Position numbers and translations under genes: made by a program
In this document: piece by piece, positions 51,092-63,240 of the stretch
Position numbering within the stretch: position 1 is the first letter of the stretch
Layout: each line of letters begins with the position of its first letter
NCBI GenBank assembly: GCA_010093815.1
Contig: ML996575.1
Origin: Pseudovirgaria hyperparasitica
Taxonomy: Eukaryota
Length of the DNA stretch: 64,000 nt
Strand: one strand, 5' to 3'
The notes under the pieces: model-generated
Database searches by the model: none
What the model saw: only the letters and a program-made list of their open reading frames with translations
What the model was told of the DNA's origin: nothing

Positions 51092-52033
51092 TTGCTTCCC
51101 AGGTTTGCTTTGAATTTGGTATAAGGCGCGAGTTCGACACTAAATGCAGAAAATCCGAACAAGGATAACTCCATCAATGACGAGCGGGTAGAAATAACCT
51201 AGTTAGGGCAGGATATGCTTCGAGGAAGAGTGTTTTGGAGCGAGTAAGGACTGTAAGGTATCTGTAGCATTGCCATACTACATCGCAGCGAAAGAGTGAG
51301 GAATTTGAGTGCAGGCTACTACCTACATGTAATCTATCGTACGCTCCTGCCCCTGTTGTTCATGTAACGAAGCTACCATATGTTCTGTATAAAGCACGTC
51401 CACGGATCAAGAGTCGATAAATGGATAGGCTTCATGATTGATTCGAAGTATTCAATTCTTTGAAGTCCGATTTATGAAGCCGCCCGGTGTGTTAATATGC
51501 CGGTTCGGCACATAAGCGTAGACAGGACAAGTTCACCTACTTTTCCCACGCGTTCATACGTATATGTATTCATCTCATAAGTCAGTGATGCAAGTATGAG
51601 CACGTCGAATGGTGAACTCCGTTCCCTCGATCCTTGTGTCTCGTTAGGTATATGCAGTGGCGCTCCAGTGATATCCTGACTGTCATGACCAGGCACATTT
51701 CCGTGGTCTTCAGTGCCATGTTCGACATACAATCGTTGAGACAACACATGTACTGGGTGGATGGAAATGTATGGAGCAACAATAAAAGAACAGACTCAGG
51801 TAGAACCAAGGTCAAGCCAGGCTCTAGCCGCTAATGACCTAGTGCAACTGAGCTAGAGGTGGCTTGGCTTGACCTTGGGTCCCGATTTTCGAAAGACAAC
51901 ACTATTCTTCGATTATTGTGCTCACTTGAGTATTCGCACGTTCGGATAAATACATTTCCATCAGATGGCCACAGCGAAGACTGCTGTCGTATCGTGCATT
52001 CCTTAGAGGCACACGCTGCTCTCAAGGTCCCAG

Positions 52034-54502
52034 ATGCTACATGTCCTCGCAAACTTCCGCCAGCTCCAAGCCTCTTCCCTAGCTTCTAGATGCACGTATC
52101 TTCTCCGTCACACCCGCAATATTGCAGATAAATCAGATCAGGAACGCCCCTTTGACGAAGAGACCCTTGATCGAACCACAGCCCATGCAGGTCTCAGTGA
52201 TGCCGATGTGCGCAGGGTGCAAGATGTCGTTGGCGCAGCGCTCCGCAAACGCAGAGCAGCTGCGGAACCATACGTGAAAGCGCACAGAAAATATCGCGCA
52301 TCAGCACCTTATAAAAAGTTGGTACGGGCGTTCGAGTTGGCGGAGGTTCAAAAGAAGGGGAAGCTCGTCAGGTCAGAGCTATGGGATGCCTACACAAATG
52401 CAAGATACCGTCTAGGCAGCGAACTACCCTCTTTGCTATCAGAAAAAGCATGGGCTCTGCTATGGAGATCGCAAGATAGCATACCCTCGAATCCAGGGCT
52501 TCGTGCAACCCGCCTTAGATTATTGGCGGCTGATCGCGAGAAAGCGGGCTTCACAACCACATTTGCAGAAAGAATTGCCAAGGTTGAAGCCCTCTTCAAT
52601 AAGGGTCACAGAGAAGAAGCTCTACAGCAATGGTCGGATGAACATAATGAACCGACCGAGGAAGGTGATGGCTTCAGAGCCGAACATTTGAGCCTAGGAA
52701 TTCGTCTGTACCAGAAGATAGGCGACTGGGACAGGACAAAGGCATTACTTGAAGAGCTCTATAAGAACAACTCAGAGTATGATTTGAAAGTAATGGATGA
52801 GTTCATTGCCGTTCACAGTGGTCGCTTGGTCGGTCATGAAGAGATCTGGGAGCTGTATACCTGGGTTAAGTCGGTCCTCAATGATCGCATGTCTTTGGCA
52901 CAACGTGAGAGTCTGTTCGGCATATTTCACGCTCGCGGCTTTCCCGTCCACGCGGTGACCGTTCTAGAAGATATGATACGTCACGAGCAATTCGGTGATT
53001 GGACAGCTGAGACGGCACGTCTAATGTTGGACAGGATCAGTATTCTATATGCTGCCTGCACAGACACTGATCAAGTCAATGAGGTATCCTTGACTGCTCT
53101 ATCCTTTCTTCCTCTTGAATACAGCCTCGTTCTTTTCAAAAGATGGCTTCACGAAATTGTTGTTCGAGGTCAGACGCGAGCCTCTACCAAAATTGTAGAA
53201 CTCATGTATGAACGAGGCTTGATTCCCCGTACTTATCATTTGAACCTGCTATTGATGTGTTTATGGCGAAGTAACAACGGTACGATGCATTCTCAAGCGG
53301 AAGCAATCGCCTTGCAGATGTTGGGCGCAAGAAGGAGGACTCTGAAGCACGGGAAACGCACCGGACGTCAGAGGTCAAGCAGGGAGGAGCGAGAGGAGGA
53401 TATGCCGGCAAAAGCTTCAAGCTACACTGGCAGTGACCAGACTCCTAGCACCCAAAACGAGAACACAGGACCCATCGACGCTGATACCTCAGCAATCAGA
53501 AAGGCAATGTCAAAGAAAATTGAGCCTTTCTTTGAGAAGCGACAAGTACCACCAGCTGACCCCAAGACTCTCGCACAGCTTCTGCAGTACTATACTAAAG
53601 CAAGTCGCCTTTTCGACGCCCAACAACTGATGGAGTACCTGGACGATGTTGAGCGAGAAGCGGAAGACGGACCAGCCTTCCTCGCTGAATCATCCCTTTT
53701 AGACGCGAAGGTCTACTACTATATCACCGTTGGTCGAGATGAGGAAGTATGGCATGACATCATGAACATGTCGCCGGGAATGGGGATGGCAAGATACAAT
53801 GCTTCTGTTTACTATAGACTGTGGTCAGATCTTCGAAACGCTCGTCACATCCAAGAACATGACACGAGCCGACCAGATCCTCGAGCGTTGTTGGCACACA
53901 TGATCGAATGGCATCAGACAACACATCCGTCCGAGAGAGTCAGGATTTCCAAGCGTTTCATAACACTCGCCACGAGGTATACTGATCTCCCATATCTGGT
54001 CGCCACCTGCTTTCGTCAAGGCTCTGATCTGTCTGGCGCCCTCGTCGCCATGCATGTCCTCCACAAACATTTTGGCCTGGCGCCCACCCCACGGATGCTA
54101 AAGGCTCTGTTCAATCAGCTCGTCGCACTCGCTCTTCCTACCGCTACGGCCGAGGATCGTCGTGAGAACAGCCGACGTGGTGGACGATGGGGATATACTA
54201 TGGTCAAAATGCTACGTTTGTACCATAATCTCTTGCTGCAACGCGTGCAATCGACCGAATTCGCGCCAAGAACTTCCGTTATCGACCTCGAGTTCAATCC
54301 GCCACTGGAAGCCGGTGGCTCGTCGCTGAGGGTATTCAACCACGCTGAATCGACGCTCGACACGTTGTCGGAGCTAATTCGCTTCATCATGGTGCGCATG
54401 TACGATCGGTCAGACGTGGAGAAGATGATTGAGCAGGCAAAGGCGGATATTGGGGTGCCCGACATGAGCACAGGAGATGTCGATGCTCTGCACGTGAGAT
54501 GA
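52034..54502 (+). CDS. Helical-repeat (PPR-like) protein, probably mitochondrial (822 aa)
   Basis: Single long ORF with an R/S/L-rich presequence-like start. PPR-like segments such as KIVELMYERGLIPRTYHLNLLLMCLWR and ALVAMHVLHKHFGLAPT. Confidence 0.7.
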   Translation: MLHVLANFRQLQASSLASRCTYLLRHTRNIADKSDQERPFDEETLDRTTAHAGLSDADVRRVQDVVGAALRKRRAAAEPYVKAHRKYRASAPYKKLVRAFELAEVQKKGKLVRSELWDAYTNARYRLGSELPSLLSEKAWALLWRSQDSIPSNPGLRATRLRLLAADREKAGFTTTFAERIAKVEALFNKGHREEALQQWSDEHNEPTEEGDGFRAEHLSLGIRLYQKIGDWDRTKALLEELYKNNSEYDLKVMDEFIAVHSGRLVGHEEIWELYTWVKSVLNDRMSLAQRESLFGIFHARGFPVHAVTVLEDMIRHEQFGDWTAETARLMLDRISILYAACTDTDQVNEVSLTALSFLPLEYSLVLFKRWLHEIVVRGQTRASTKIVELMYERGLIPRTYHLNLLLMCLWRSNNGTMHSQAEAIALQMLGARRRTLKHGKRTGRQRSSREEREEDMPAKASSYTGSDQTPSTQNENTGPIDADTSAIRKAMSKKIEPFFEKRQVPPADPKTLAQLLQYYTKASRLFDAQQLMEYLDDVEREAEDGPAFLAESSLLDAKVYYYITVGRDEEVWHDIMNMSPGMGMARYNASVYYRLWSDLRNARHIQEHDTSRPDPRALLAHMIEWHQTTHPSERVRISKRFITLATRYTDLPYLVATCFRQGSDLSGALVAMHVLHKHFGLAPTPRMLKALFNQLVALALPTATAEDRRENSRRGGRWGYTMVKMLRLYHNLLLQRVQSTEFAPRTSVIDLEFNPPLEAGGSSLRVFNHAESTLDTLSELIRFIMVRMYDRSDVEKMIEQAKADIGVPDMSTGDVDALHVR

Positions 54503-54563
54503 GAGCTGTATATACCTAAATTAGCCTGTACATACCTGTACATAATTATGTACAGGTAGGTTG

Positions 54564-55235
54564 ACGTACCTACTAATGAGCCAACCTACTAATGAACCAT
54601 GTGATTTGAGTACAACTCCAAACGCCTATATTAATAACTATATACTTAAAATAGTATAAATTTATATAAATAAGCCTTATCTACCTCCTTAGAGACTATC
54701 TATCTAGTCTATATAAATTAAGTCTCTAATTTCTAAGCTTTTTCGTATATTTAATAGCTTAAACTATCTCTACTACTATCTCCTTCTTCTTATTATTTAT
54801 AGTCTTCTTTATATATATAATATTTATAAATTACTTATTAAGGTCTATTTTAATCTTCTTCTACTTTCTCTTTTAGACTAGACTATTATTTTAAGTCTTA
54901 AGCTTAGCTATATATATCTCTAATTATCTAATATTAGCTATTAGCTATTCTATAGACTATACTAATAAGAATAGTAGATCTTAAGTCTTATTTAATAGCT
55001 TACTATTAGATTAGAGTACCTCTACCCTATAATATATATCTTAAGAGCTATAAGATATATTAGCTAGATTCTATTACTATATAGAGAGAGATAGAGTCCT
55101 TAGATACTTATCTAAAAGCCTTCTTAGAAGAATAAAAACTTGATTTTAGCTACTAGATATAGGAACTTTAGTAAATTTAATATAGTAAAATTAATTAACG
55201 TATCTATCTAACCTATCTATCTACTATATACACCA
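54564..55235. mobile_element. RIP-mutated transposon relic, possibly one end of a pogo/Fot1-like DNA transposon
   Basis: Abrupt switch to very AT-rich, TpA-saturated, CpA/TpG-depleted DNA with no ORF. The left edge ACGTACCTACTAATGAGCCAACCTACTAATGAACC starts with ACGT and has an internal direct repeat, as Fot1/Pot2-type TIRs do. No matching second TIR was seen. Confidence 0.65.
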
Positions 55236-55425
55236 GCCTAGTGCTGAATAAGATCTAAGTAATGGGGATTACCTAATAGAAATCCCATAAACAATACATC
55301 CTAGTGCACGAGGTCGACCACCCACCTTGCTAATCACAAGTACTTGAAGGCTCGCTATTCACCTTTTCCAGAGTAGAGGTTAAGCAACCTCTTCACCTAC
55401 AGGCCTTCCACCTCTGCAACACATC

Positions 55426-56266
55426 ATGAGTTCATTGCAGTACCTCGGGTCTACTTCAGACTTCCTAAATCTCGGCCCGGATGCAGTCGTTAAGATGCCT
55501 AAGAAGGTTTGGGGTGGGAACCCTAATCATGAACTTAGGAACGAAGAAAACGTGACCGCGCTGAAAGTTGAGCGGCAAATCATTGAAAGTCTAGGAAACC
55601 ACCCAAGGATTGTTCCGTTTGTCACGCTTTCCCTCTAACTGCAATCGCAATGGGCTAAGTCTTGGTGACAGATATCTCGGGCCATACAAACAAACAGGTA
55701 TCAAACTGGCCAAAGCAGACCACGGCAACTTGCAAGCATACATCGATAACAACAACCAACATCTAGCTACTACTCTACGCTGGAAGTGGGTCCTACAGGC
55801 CGCCGAACCTATCGCCTATCTGCACAGCCAGGGTGTCATCCATTCCGACCTACGCCCCGAAAACTATTTGGTACATTCGGCGGAATGCGATCTCTGGCTG
55901 TGCGACTTTGGGGGATCAATGTGTGAGAAACTGGGATTAGATGGTGGCCACCTACCTGACGACCCGTTCTACGACCCTCGATTACCATGGGAGTCGACTC
56001 CTGCTACTGATATTTTTAGCTTGGGGTCCATCTTATATACCATCATGACCGGACATTGGCCCTTCAGGACCGGGCCAGCGCCACGTGGTGCTGAAAAGGA
56101 CGCCTTCATGGAGGAAGCAAATAAATTCTTTGCAGCAGGGCAATTTCCAGACATATCTAATGTTCCCGGTGGGAAGGTTATCAAGGGGTGTTGGGATCAT
56201 ACATACAGCTCAGCTGACGAAGTGGTGAAGGCCATCAGGCTGGAAATGGCAAGGATGAGCATGTAG
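55426..56266 (+). CDS. Minimal stand-alone protein kinase (261 aa), 2 exons
   Basis: Exons 55426-55616 and 55672-56266. Motifs VVKMP, VERQIIESLGNHPRIV, YLHSQGVIHSDLRPENYL, LCDFGGS, TDIFSLGSILYTIMTGHWPF, VIKGCW. Confidence 0.88.
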
Positions 56267-56499
56267 GGGACTTTCCTTCTACGCTTTCTTCACGCTCGCT
56301 AAGACGTAGAAATCGGACAGCCAGTAGGAGTCGCCGGTATATCAGCTCTCTGGAAGTCCAGACCGTCGCTTTATCGGGAAGATCTCTCTTAAAACTAAAA
56401 ACGAATGTAGTGCCATTGGATGAACCCGAGTTGGAATTAAGTAAATGATCCTCCGGTTGCCGTAAGTTTCGTGGCTTTAGGAGGTTTCTCGAACTTATC

Positions 56500-56886
56500 G
56501 CTGGTTTCATACGTGGTCTTCTATCTAACGAGAAGGTTCTAGCCGCTTTATATTTCTCTTAGCATTTAAGTTATTGTAATAAACCTCTACTTAGTGGTCT
56601 AAATAAGGGCTTATTACTCTAGACTTTATCTTAATATATAAGGTATAAAGATTATAAATACATAAGGTATCTAAGACTCTTAAAGTAAAAGTAAATAGAT
56701 TCTTATAGTAGGGTATTAATAAGATATATCTATTCTATTAATATTATCTAGTAGAGAGAACCCTATAAATCTATCTTTACTACTTTATAGAATTTACCTC
56801 TAGGGTTTAGCTAACCCTGGGTTCATTTCTGACCTAATTAGGTTTAGCGCCACGAATTCGCCAGCGAATTCGTAGTCCCTTACTAA
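56500..56886. mobile_element. Second RIP-mutated relic, between the kinase and HET genes
   Basis: AT/TpA-rich tract at about 56520-56810, followed by several short inverted repeats. Confidence 0.55.
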
Positions 56887-56974
56887 TAGACTTGAATCGG
56901 ACTCTCACCCATTGCCACTTCTCTGGAATTGCATCCTACATTATTGTTATTCACAGACTTTAGGTATAGACAAA

Positions 56975-59332
56975 ATGAACGCCGCAGTATTGCAAAGTGT
57001 TTATTCGTCTCTCGAGTCCATCGTAGAGCTTCCGAAAACCACCAGGCTTTGCTCTGCATGTCGAATGCTAAGCTTTGAGGGGTTACAGAACGGATACGAG
57101 CACCCATGGGATCATGAGAGAATCGCTCGATCGGGCCAGGCCTGCCGACTTTGCCGATTGATCGTGTGCTCCATGGGTAGGCTCCAAATTCCCGAAGTAG
57201 ACAGCTACAAACTGGACAGCAAATACGAGTCCGCATTACACCAACTCCGAACACTGCCAGCGATCTCGCGCCATCAGAATCCTGTCGGGCTTCCTTACGA
57301 GACTTTTACTGTTGTAAAGAAGGTCACGTGGAGCAGAGCCAACTATGTAGCTCCAGCAGGAGCTCAGGTCTGCAGAGGAAATTTCAACCAAGGGGAGACC
57401 ATTTCGATAACAGCCCCTCCAAGTAAGGAGTTTGCGAAATTTGATGATGTTATTTAAGCTTTTCTAGCCTCAAACTATGCTCGAGACGGCCTGGTACCTT
57501 CGCGAAGTGTCGACTCCGCTTCAAGTCAGCCAATATACGACAAAATTCGGAAGTGGCTAGGCGAATGTGTTGCCAGCCATAAAGAATGTCGTATCCAAGA
57601 GTTAGCTGACCCTTCCGATAGAGAGGCGGCTTATCTACCGACTCGCGTTATCGATTTGGGTCCTCCAGCGGACGGATCGTGGAAACCACGACTTTTGATA
57701 ACATCAGGAGAGAAAAATCGTTTCGTAGCGCTCAGCCATCGGTGGGGAAGGAACGAGATACAAACCGTAGAACAAAATATCGATGAGTTCCAGGCGAAAC
57801 TCCCGATGCAAAACCTCTCTCGTACTTTCCAAGACGCCATAGAGGTCACAAAACAGCTTGGATGCCGATACCTCTGGGTTGATTCTCTTTGCATCATACA
57901 AGACGATAAAGACGATTGGGCGCGAGAGTCTGATCTCATGGGCTATTATTTTAGTTCATCGTATTTTACAATCGCTGCTGTGGGCGCGAAAGAACAGTCG
58001 GGATGCGACCAGGGGTTATTTGACTGTCGGGATTTAGATCCTTTGGCTGTTTCTGTGGCGCTTCCCCTTCGAATCGATCCTCTATTCAAACTATCCGAAA
58101 CAGTCTTCAAGAGCTCCAAAGAGGCTTTCGTATGGAAATTTCGCTACCTCAAATCCAGCCTCCCCTCCGAGAACATGGTTACTGTCTGCCCTCGCAGATT
58201 ATCGATCCCAAAGAGGTTGATACTTACCGAATGGCATTGGAGAGCATGGATCTTCCAGGAGAGGATCCTTTCTAGAAGGGTGTTATATTATACAACCGGT
58301 AAGTTGTATTGGGATTGTTTCCAAGAAAAGGGCGAGGAAGAGGGGACAGATCCTCAATTATCTTATCGTGAATCGTTGCTCCTGCGACGTGAAGACCAAC
58401 CTTCTACGTTGACCTTATGGGGCAGAATTGTGACAGATTACTCAAGGGCTAAGATGACGTACAACAAAGACCGACTCAAGGCTATCAGCGGACTCTCAAA
58501 TCGGCTACATCATTCTTTTGATGTCATAATTCACGCTGGCATTCTCGAAGATAAGACCTACCAGGGCCTCCTCTGGTTCACCAAGAGCCCGCAGGTTCAG
58601 CCATTTCAAGACTTCCACGCTCCTTCATGGAGCTGGGCGTCAGTCAATGCGCCTGTTGTCACCGAGCTTTTCGGTACCCCAAAGTCTTGCGATATATTGG
58701 CTCGGAACGTATCATACACTACCAAAGACGGGTGTAAAAACGGTGGTGAGCTAGGTCTTTGCAGTGGAACTTGTATCTCTGGGGAGACACATTTCGTGTC
58801 CGCAGGAAGGATGGTGAAAAGGGGCGCAAGATTAAGGGAATTGAAGTTGGAAACACCAGAGGGAGAGGTGGGCTCCGAGGCTCTTTACAACGACGAAATT
58901 CTTTCACACTTGCTCGGTACAGCAAACTTTGACGGTGTCGGTCCTAGCTTTTTTATACCGCGATATGATGAATGTATGAACAGACTATTCTTCCCACGAC
59001 CACTTCCGGTTCCAGAGCATACCGAAACTGTGCTCGATCAATGCGGTTGCATCATTGGGTTCTATATTCCCGATTCGGCGCGGGAACAAGACTCGGAGCG
59101 TTGGTTGTTCTGTGTGGCAATAAAGTCCTGGGATAATTATATAGCAAGAGAATGTGCAAAAGCAAGTGGATGCAGCGGTGAGAATCACGTTGCGCGCGAA
59201 AAATGCATCGAGGTCTTGGGCTTGCGATCTGTTGAGGGTCACAATGGAGTTTACCAGAGGATAGGGAGAGGAAGAATTATTTGCAACGCTTGGTTAGCGG
59301 AATGTGTGGAGGACTCATATACCATCCTATGA
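56975..59332 (+). CDS. Heterokaryon incompatibility (HET) domain protein (about 770 aa), 2 exons
   Basis: Exons 56975-57422 and 57468-59332. N-terminal LCSAC..CRLC, W..EC..SH..C, LPTRVIDL, FVALSHRWG, TFQDAI..LG.RYLWVDSLCIIQDD..DW..ES..M, TIAA, RAWIFQERILSRRVL, DRLKAISGL, APSWSWAS, YQRIG. Confidence 0.95.
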
Positions 59333-61270
59333 CAAGAATATCAAATTGATTCATTCTAACGGTAGTAGAAGATGTTGCAAATTACCACGTTAAATAGTTC
59401 TGAAATCGACCTAAAGATCTGGGGAGCAGGGCCTTGAGGAATGGTAGGAGGACATAGTTTGAGAGAACCTGTATGCTTGGTGATGTGGTAGAGCATAACT
59501 AACATGTATCACACTCTGCACACTGTAAATCTAGCGTTGCTTACGACCAGTCTGCCAATAAATAACTTATTTACTGAACACTGAACCTGAACAACATTAA
59601 GACTTGTTGAAAGCAGCCCTTTCCCCATACTCCCTAGGAGCAGGCTCAGGCTTTACTTGCTCTTCGTAGATTGCAACGTTCTCTTCTTCTTCTTCTTTGC
59701 TTTCGTTGGCCCCCAAATGCCCCAATCATCATCATCAGCAGATGGAGGAACAGACTAAGGTGCACCTCCGCCCCATAGAGCGCAATCTTGTCCTTCTTTT
59801 TCTTCTTCGTGGGTGGCATGGTCGTATCCCAGCTGACGTCGCTGCTTTCTTGAACCGCCAAGTCTTCGATAGGAGGAGGAGGCGGAGGAGAAGCGGTGTG
59901 TTGTTTGCAAGCGCGGCGTCTATACGAGCCTCCATTGCAGTATTACACATGATACCGAAATCAGCGAGGCATGCCTCGTCGCTGCATTCGTTGCCTACGC
60001 AGAAGTGGCACAGTGACGAGTACATGGTTGTCAGTTGGTTCGAGGAAGATATTCATCACATATGATTATGGTTCAGGGAAACTATTCAATGGATAGCAGC
60101 GCCTCATTCATCACGAAACTTCCGAGAATCTGGAGTATTACCGACTTGCCCACGCCATGCGTCGGATATGCACAGCCTCCACTCCCGTATTCCCGTCGAA
60201 ACATATATACCACGGGGCTCTCGAGAATTGCGACTCAGCGTGGGACTACAGCGCACCGTGAGCTTCAAGCGGAGCACTCACTCTTGTGTGCTGAGGAACA
60301 CTACACAAGTCTTATATATAGTTCAGAGTATACCATTGTAGCTACACTGAATAAACCAACGTCTGGCAGATGTTCGAACGAGTAGCGAGAGGCCACAAAA
60401 GACCTATTACCCTTGTCACTCGTGACCAATTTGTACCACAGAAGATACTCGAGGGGAAGTAAGGGATGTTCTGGTACGCCTGTACAGTACCGTAAACACA
60501 AAATACATGCCGACCTGAATCGAGAACAATTGTGCTTGGGGCGTGCTAGAGCCGACCGTGCAGCTTGTCGCATATTTGCTCGTGTCAAGATATGGATGGG
60601 TACACTGCACGCTCGTGAACTGGCTCATGTGGCGTGCTACGTCAAGGGTTGTAATTACAAAAGGCGTTCTTTTTTGTACAGGTAATTACCTTGGCCCGAG
60701 GAATCTCTACTTCCAACACACACTTCAGCCTTGTCTTATCGCGATAATCGAAATTCGAGAATGGATCCTTGAATCGTGTTGGAGTGGGGAATCGGCCCTT
60801 TTCCCACAGCCCTAGACTGGCGCCATTGTCCTCGAACCGACGCCGGACAATGGACGACAAACCTCGACGACATCAACAATGACGATAGCAGCAGCGACGG
60901 GCTACTGGATCTTCCCAACAGTGGGGAATTTTCGACTTCAGCTGTGCAGGCTTGCCGGCAGTCATCGGGCATTATCCGGATCCGTCCATTTCTCATAATC
61001 ATGATACTCTCTGACTGACTGACCCATGGCTCGCGAGCAGAGGGTGTCATTCTCCGCTTCAATCATCTTTCTTCCTCCCTATTTGCCTATTTGCTCTGCC
61101 ACCGCAAGGTCTCTACGACACCCATGAGAAAATCCCCATTGCCAGACCAGACACACGGAGCATCAACATCATTCCGCTTTCCATGGTGCCTAGCAGACAC
61201 ACCAGCCCAGAGGATCCCGATCTACCCAGAATAGCACCTCTTCCGGTCCCCCAAGCCCACCCAGGCATGC

Positions 61271-61306
61271 AGTAGCGGTAGCAGTAGCAGTAGTAGCAGT
61301 AGTAGT
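61271..61306. repeat. (AGT/AGC)n microsatellite
   Basis: Directly visible tandem trinucleotide/hexamer units. Confidence 0.7.
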
Positions 61307-61894
61307 CACACGCAAGTACTCAAGCCATCATAATGCGCTGTATAGCACGAGTATCGCGTAAACGGCGCACAAACCCTCCACCCGCGCCTCCCGTTCCCTT
61401 CTTGATTTGCTCCGGTGCCACCGAACTGGCCGAGTCGGGTGCGCAATGGCTTCGTCTGAGGGACCCTCTGTGGCGCTGCGATATCCATTGTGGGCACGAT
61501 GACACCTATCCACCGCGCTCCAAACTCCATATGGCGTCTCACTGTGTAGCTACTTGTCTAGTTCTGCACGGTTATTCAGTGACCCAGGCCTCTCTGGACA
61601 CATGGCCGCGGCGTTCGTGTCTGACTCGTCTGCAGTACATATTCCCTCACTCGTTACCTTGTCCATTCCTGGGATGGTTCCTGGAATTACCTCATTTCAG
61701 ACGAGGTGTCACGCGTGTCAGTGCATTGTTGTATGTGAATGTGCTGTTAATGCCTGTAGGGAGTGTTGACGGCGAGTTTGTGAAAACAGCATAAGAGTGC
61801 CGTTCCGGCGTGGGTTTTTTTTTTCATATTGGGGTCTGTCAAGCTTGCTCCGGTCAATAATTTCATTGCTGCTGTCTCTACTTGAAATCTCGAA

Positions 61895-63240
61895 ATGGTT
61901 GCTCTTTTCCATTTTGTCTGGCTGACTCTGCTGGCTCTTGTATCAGCTCAAAGTCGAGGCTATGGACGAGGTCGCTTTGGTCCAAGAGGAGTAGACCCAG
62001 CGCATGTCATGCTCAAGCCTTCATCGAGACGGAATGTTCCTCCACAACTCACGGGAAGACGACTTCGGACGAGGAGCTATGGTCCGATATTCCCAAAAGT
62101 CTTGATCATCTCACAGGTAATCACTCCTCGTCGAACACACTCACGCAAAGACTGACAGTACCAGTTCAACTACGAGCAAGAAGCCATATTCAAGTACTTC
62201 CCAGAGCTCCTACAACAATCATATGAGGTCCCTGGATTCTCTCCTCTATACCCCGACGTAAATTGCAATAACGCCGGCACATTGTGCTCCATGACCAACG
62301 GCGAAGGAGGTAAGATTCCCAACACCCCTAATTTATCATCTCAGAGACCACCTTATCTCTACACTAAGAATTTCCTCTAACACACACCTCAGAAGCCAAC
62401 GCCGCAGCCAGCATCACCGCCCTCCTCTACGCCTCCCACTTCGACCTCACACACACCTACATCATCCTCACCGGGATCGCCGGCGTCAACCCTTCCCTCG
62501 GCACTACTGGCACCGTCGGCTTCGCCAAATACGCCGTCCAGCTCGACCTCACCTACGAATTCGACGCCCGCCAAATCCCCCAAAACTTCTCCTCCGGCCT
62601 CGTCCCCCAGGGCAACACCAAGCCCGTCTCCTACGACCCCAGCATCCCCCCTCAAGACACCCGCTCCGCCTACCCACGCAACATCTACGGCACGGAAGTA
62701 TACACCCTCAACGGCAACCTGCGCGACAAGTTCCGCACCCTCGCCAGCAAAGCCCCCCTCAACGACACCACTGCCGCCGCCTCGTACCGCGCAAAATACG
62801 ACCAGAAAGCCGCCCGCGCCCCGCCTTCCGTCCTCGCGTGCGACTCCCAGACTAGCAACGTGTACTGGTCCGGCAGCAAGCTGACCGCCGCCTTTTCCGC
62901 CTACACTCAGCTGCTAACCAACGGCTCTGGCGCGCTCTGCATGAGCCAACAGGAGGACAACGCCAGTCTAGAGGGTCTACTGCGCGGCCACGCGGCGGGC
63001 AAGATTGATTTCGCCCGGGTGTCGATTCTGCGTGCCGCAAGTGACTTTGTGCAGGCGCCCAAGGGGGTCGAGGAAACGGATCATTTGCTGGTTAATCAGC
63101 AAGGGGGATTCAGTGTTGCGTTGGAGAACATCGGGATCGCTGCGCGGCCGGTTGTGAAGGATGTTTTGGGGAATTGGGCGGCGTATGAGGGCGGGGTGAA
63201 GAGTGGGAATAAGGTTGGGAGTTTGCTGGTCAGTTATTAG
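61895..63240 (+). CDS. Purine nucleoside permease (NUP family) homologue with signal peptide (about 404 aa), 3 exons
   Basis: Exons 61895-62116, 62165-62309, 62393-63240 total 1215 nt. Motifs PKVLIISQF, VPGFSPLYP, GEGEANAAAS, FDLTHTY..GIAGVNP, YGTEVYTLN, YWSG, QEDNA, LRAASDF. Confidence 0.9.

Noticed and set aside
59600..61300. Several short Cys-containing ORFs downstream of the HET gene
   Set aside because: I could not assemble a consistent spliced model or identify a domain. A decayed gene is possible but unsupported.
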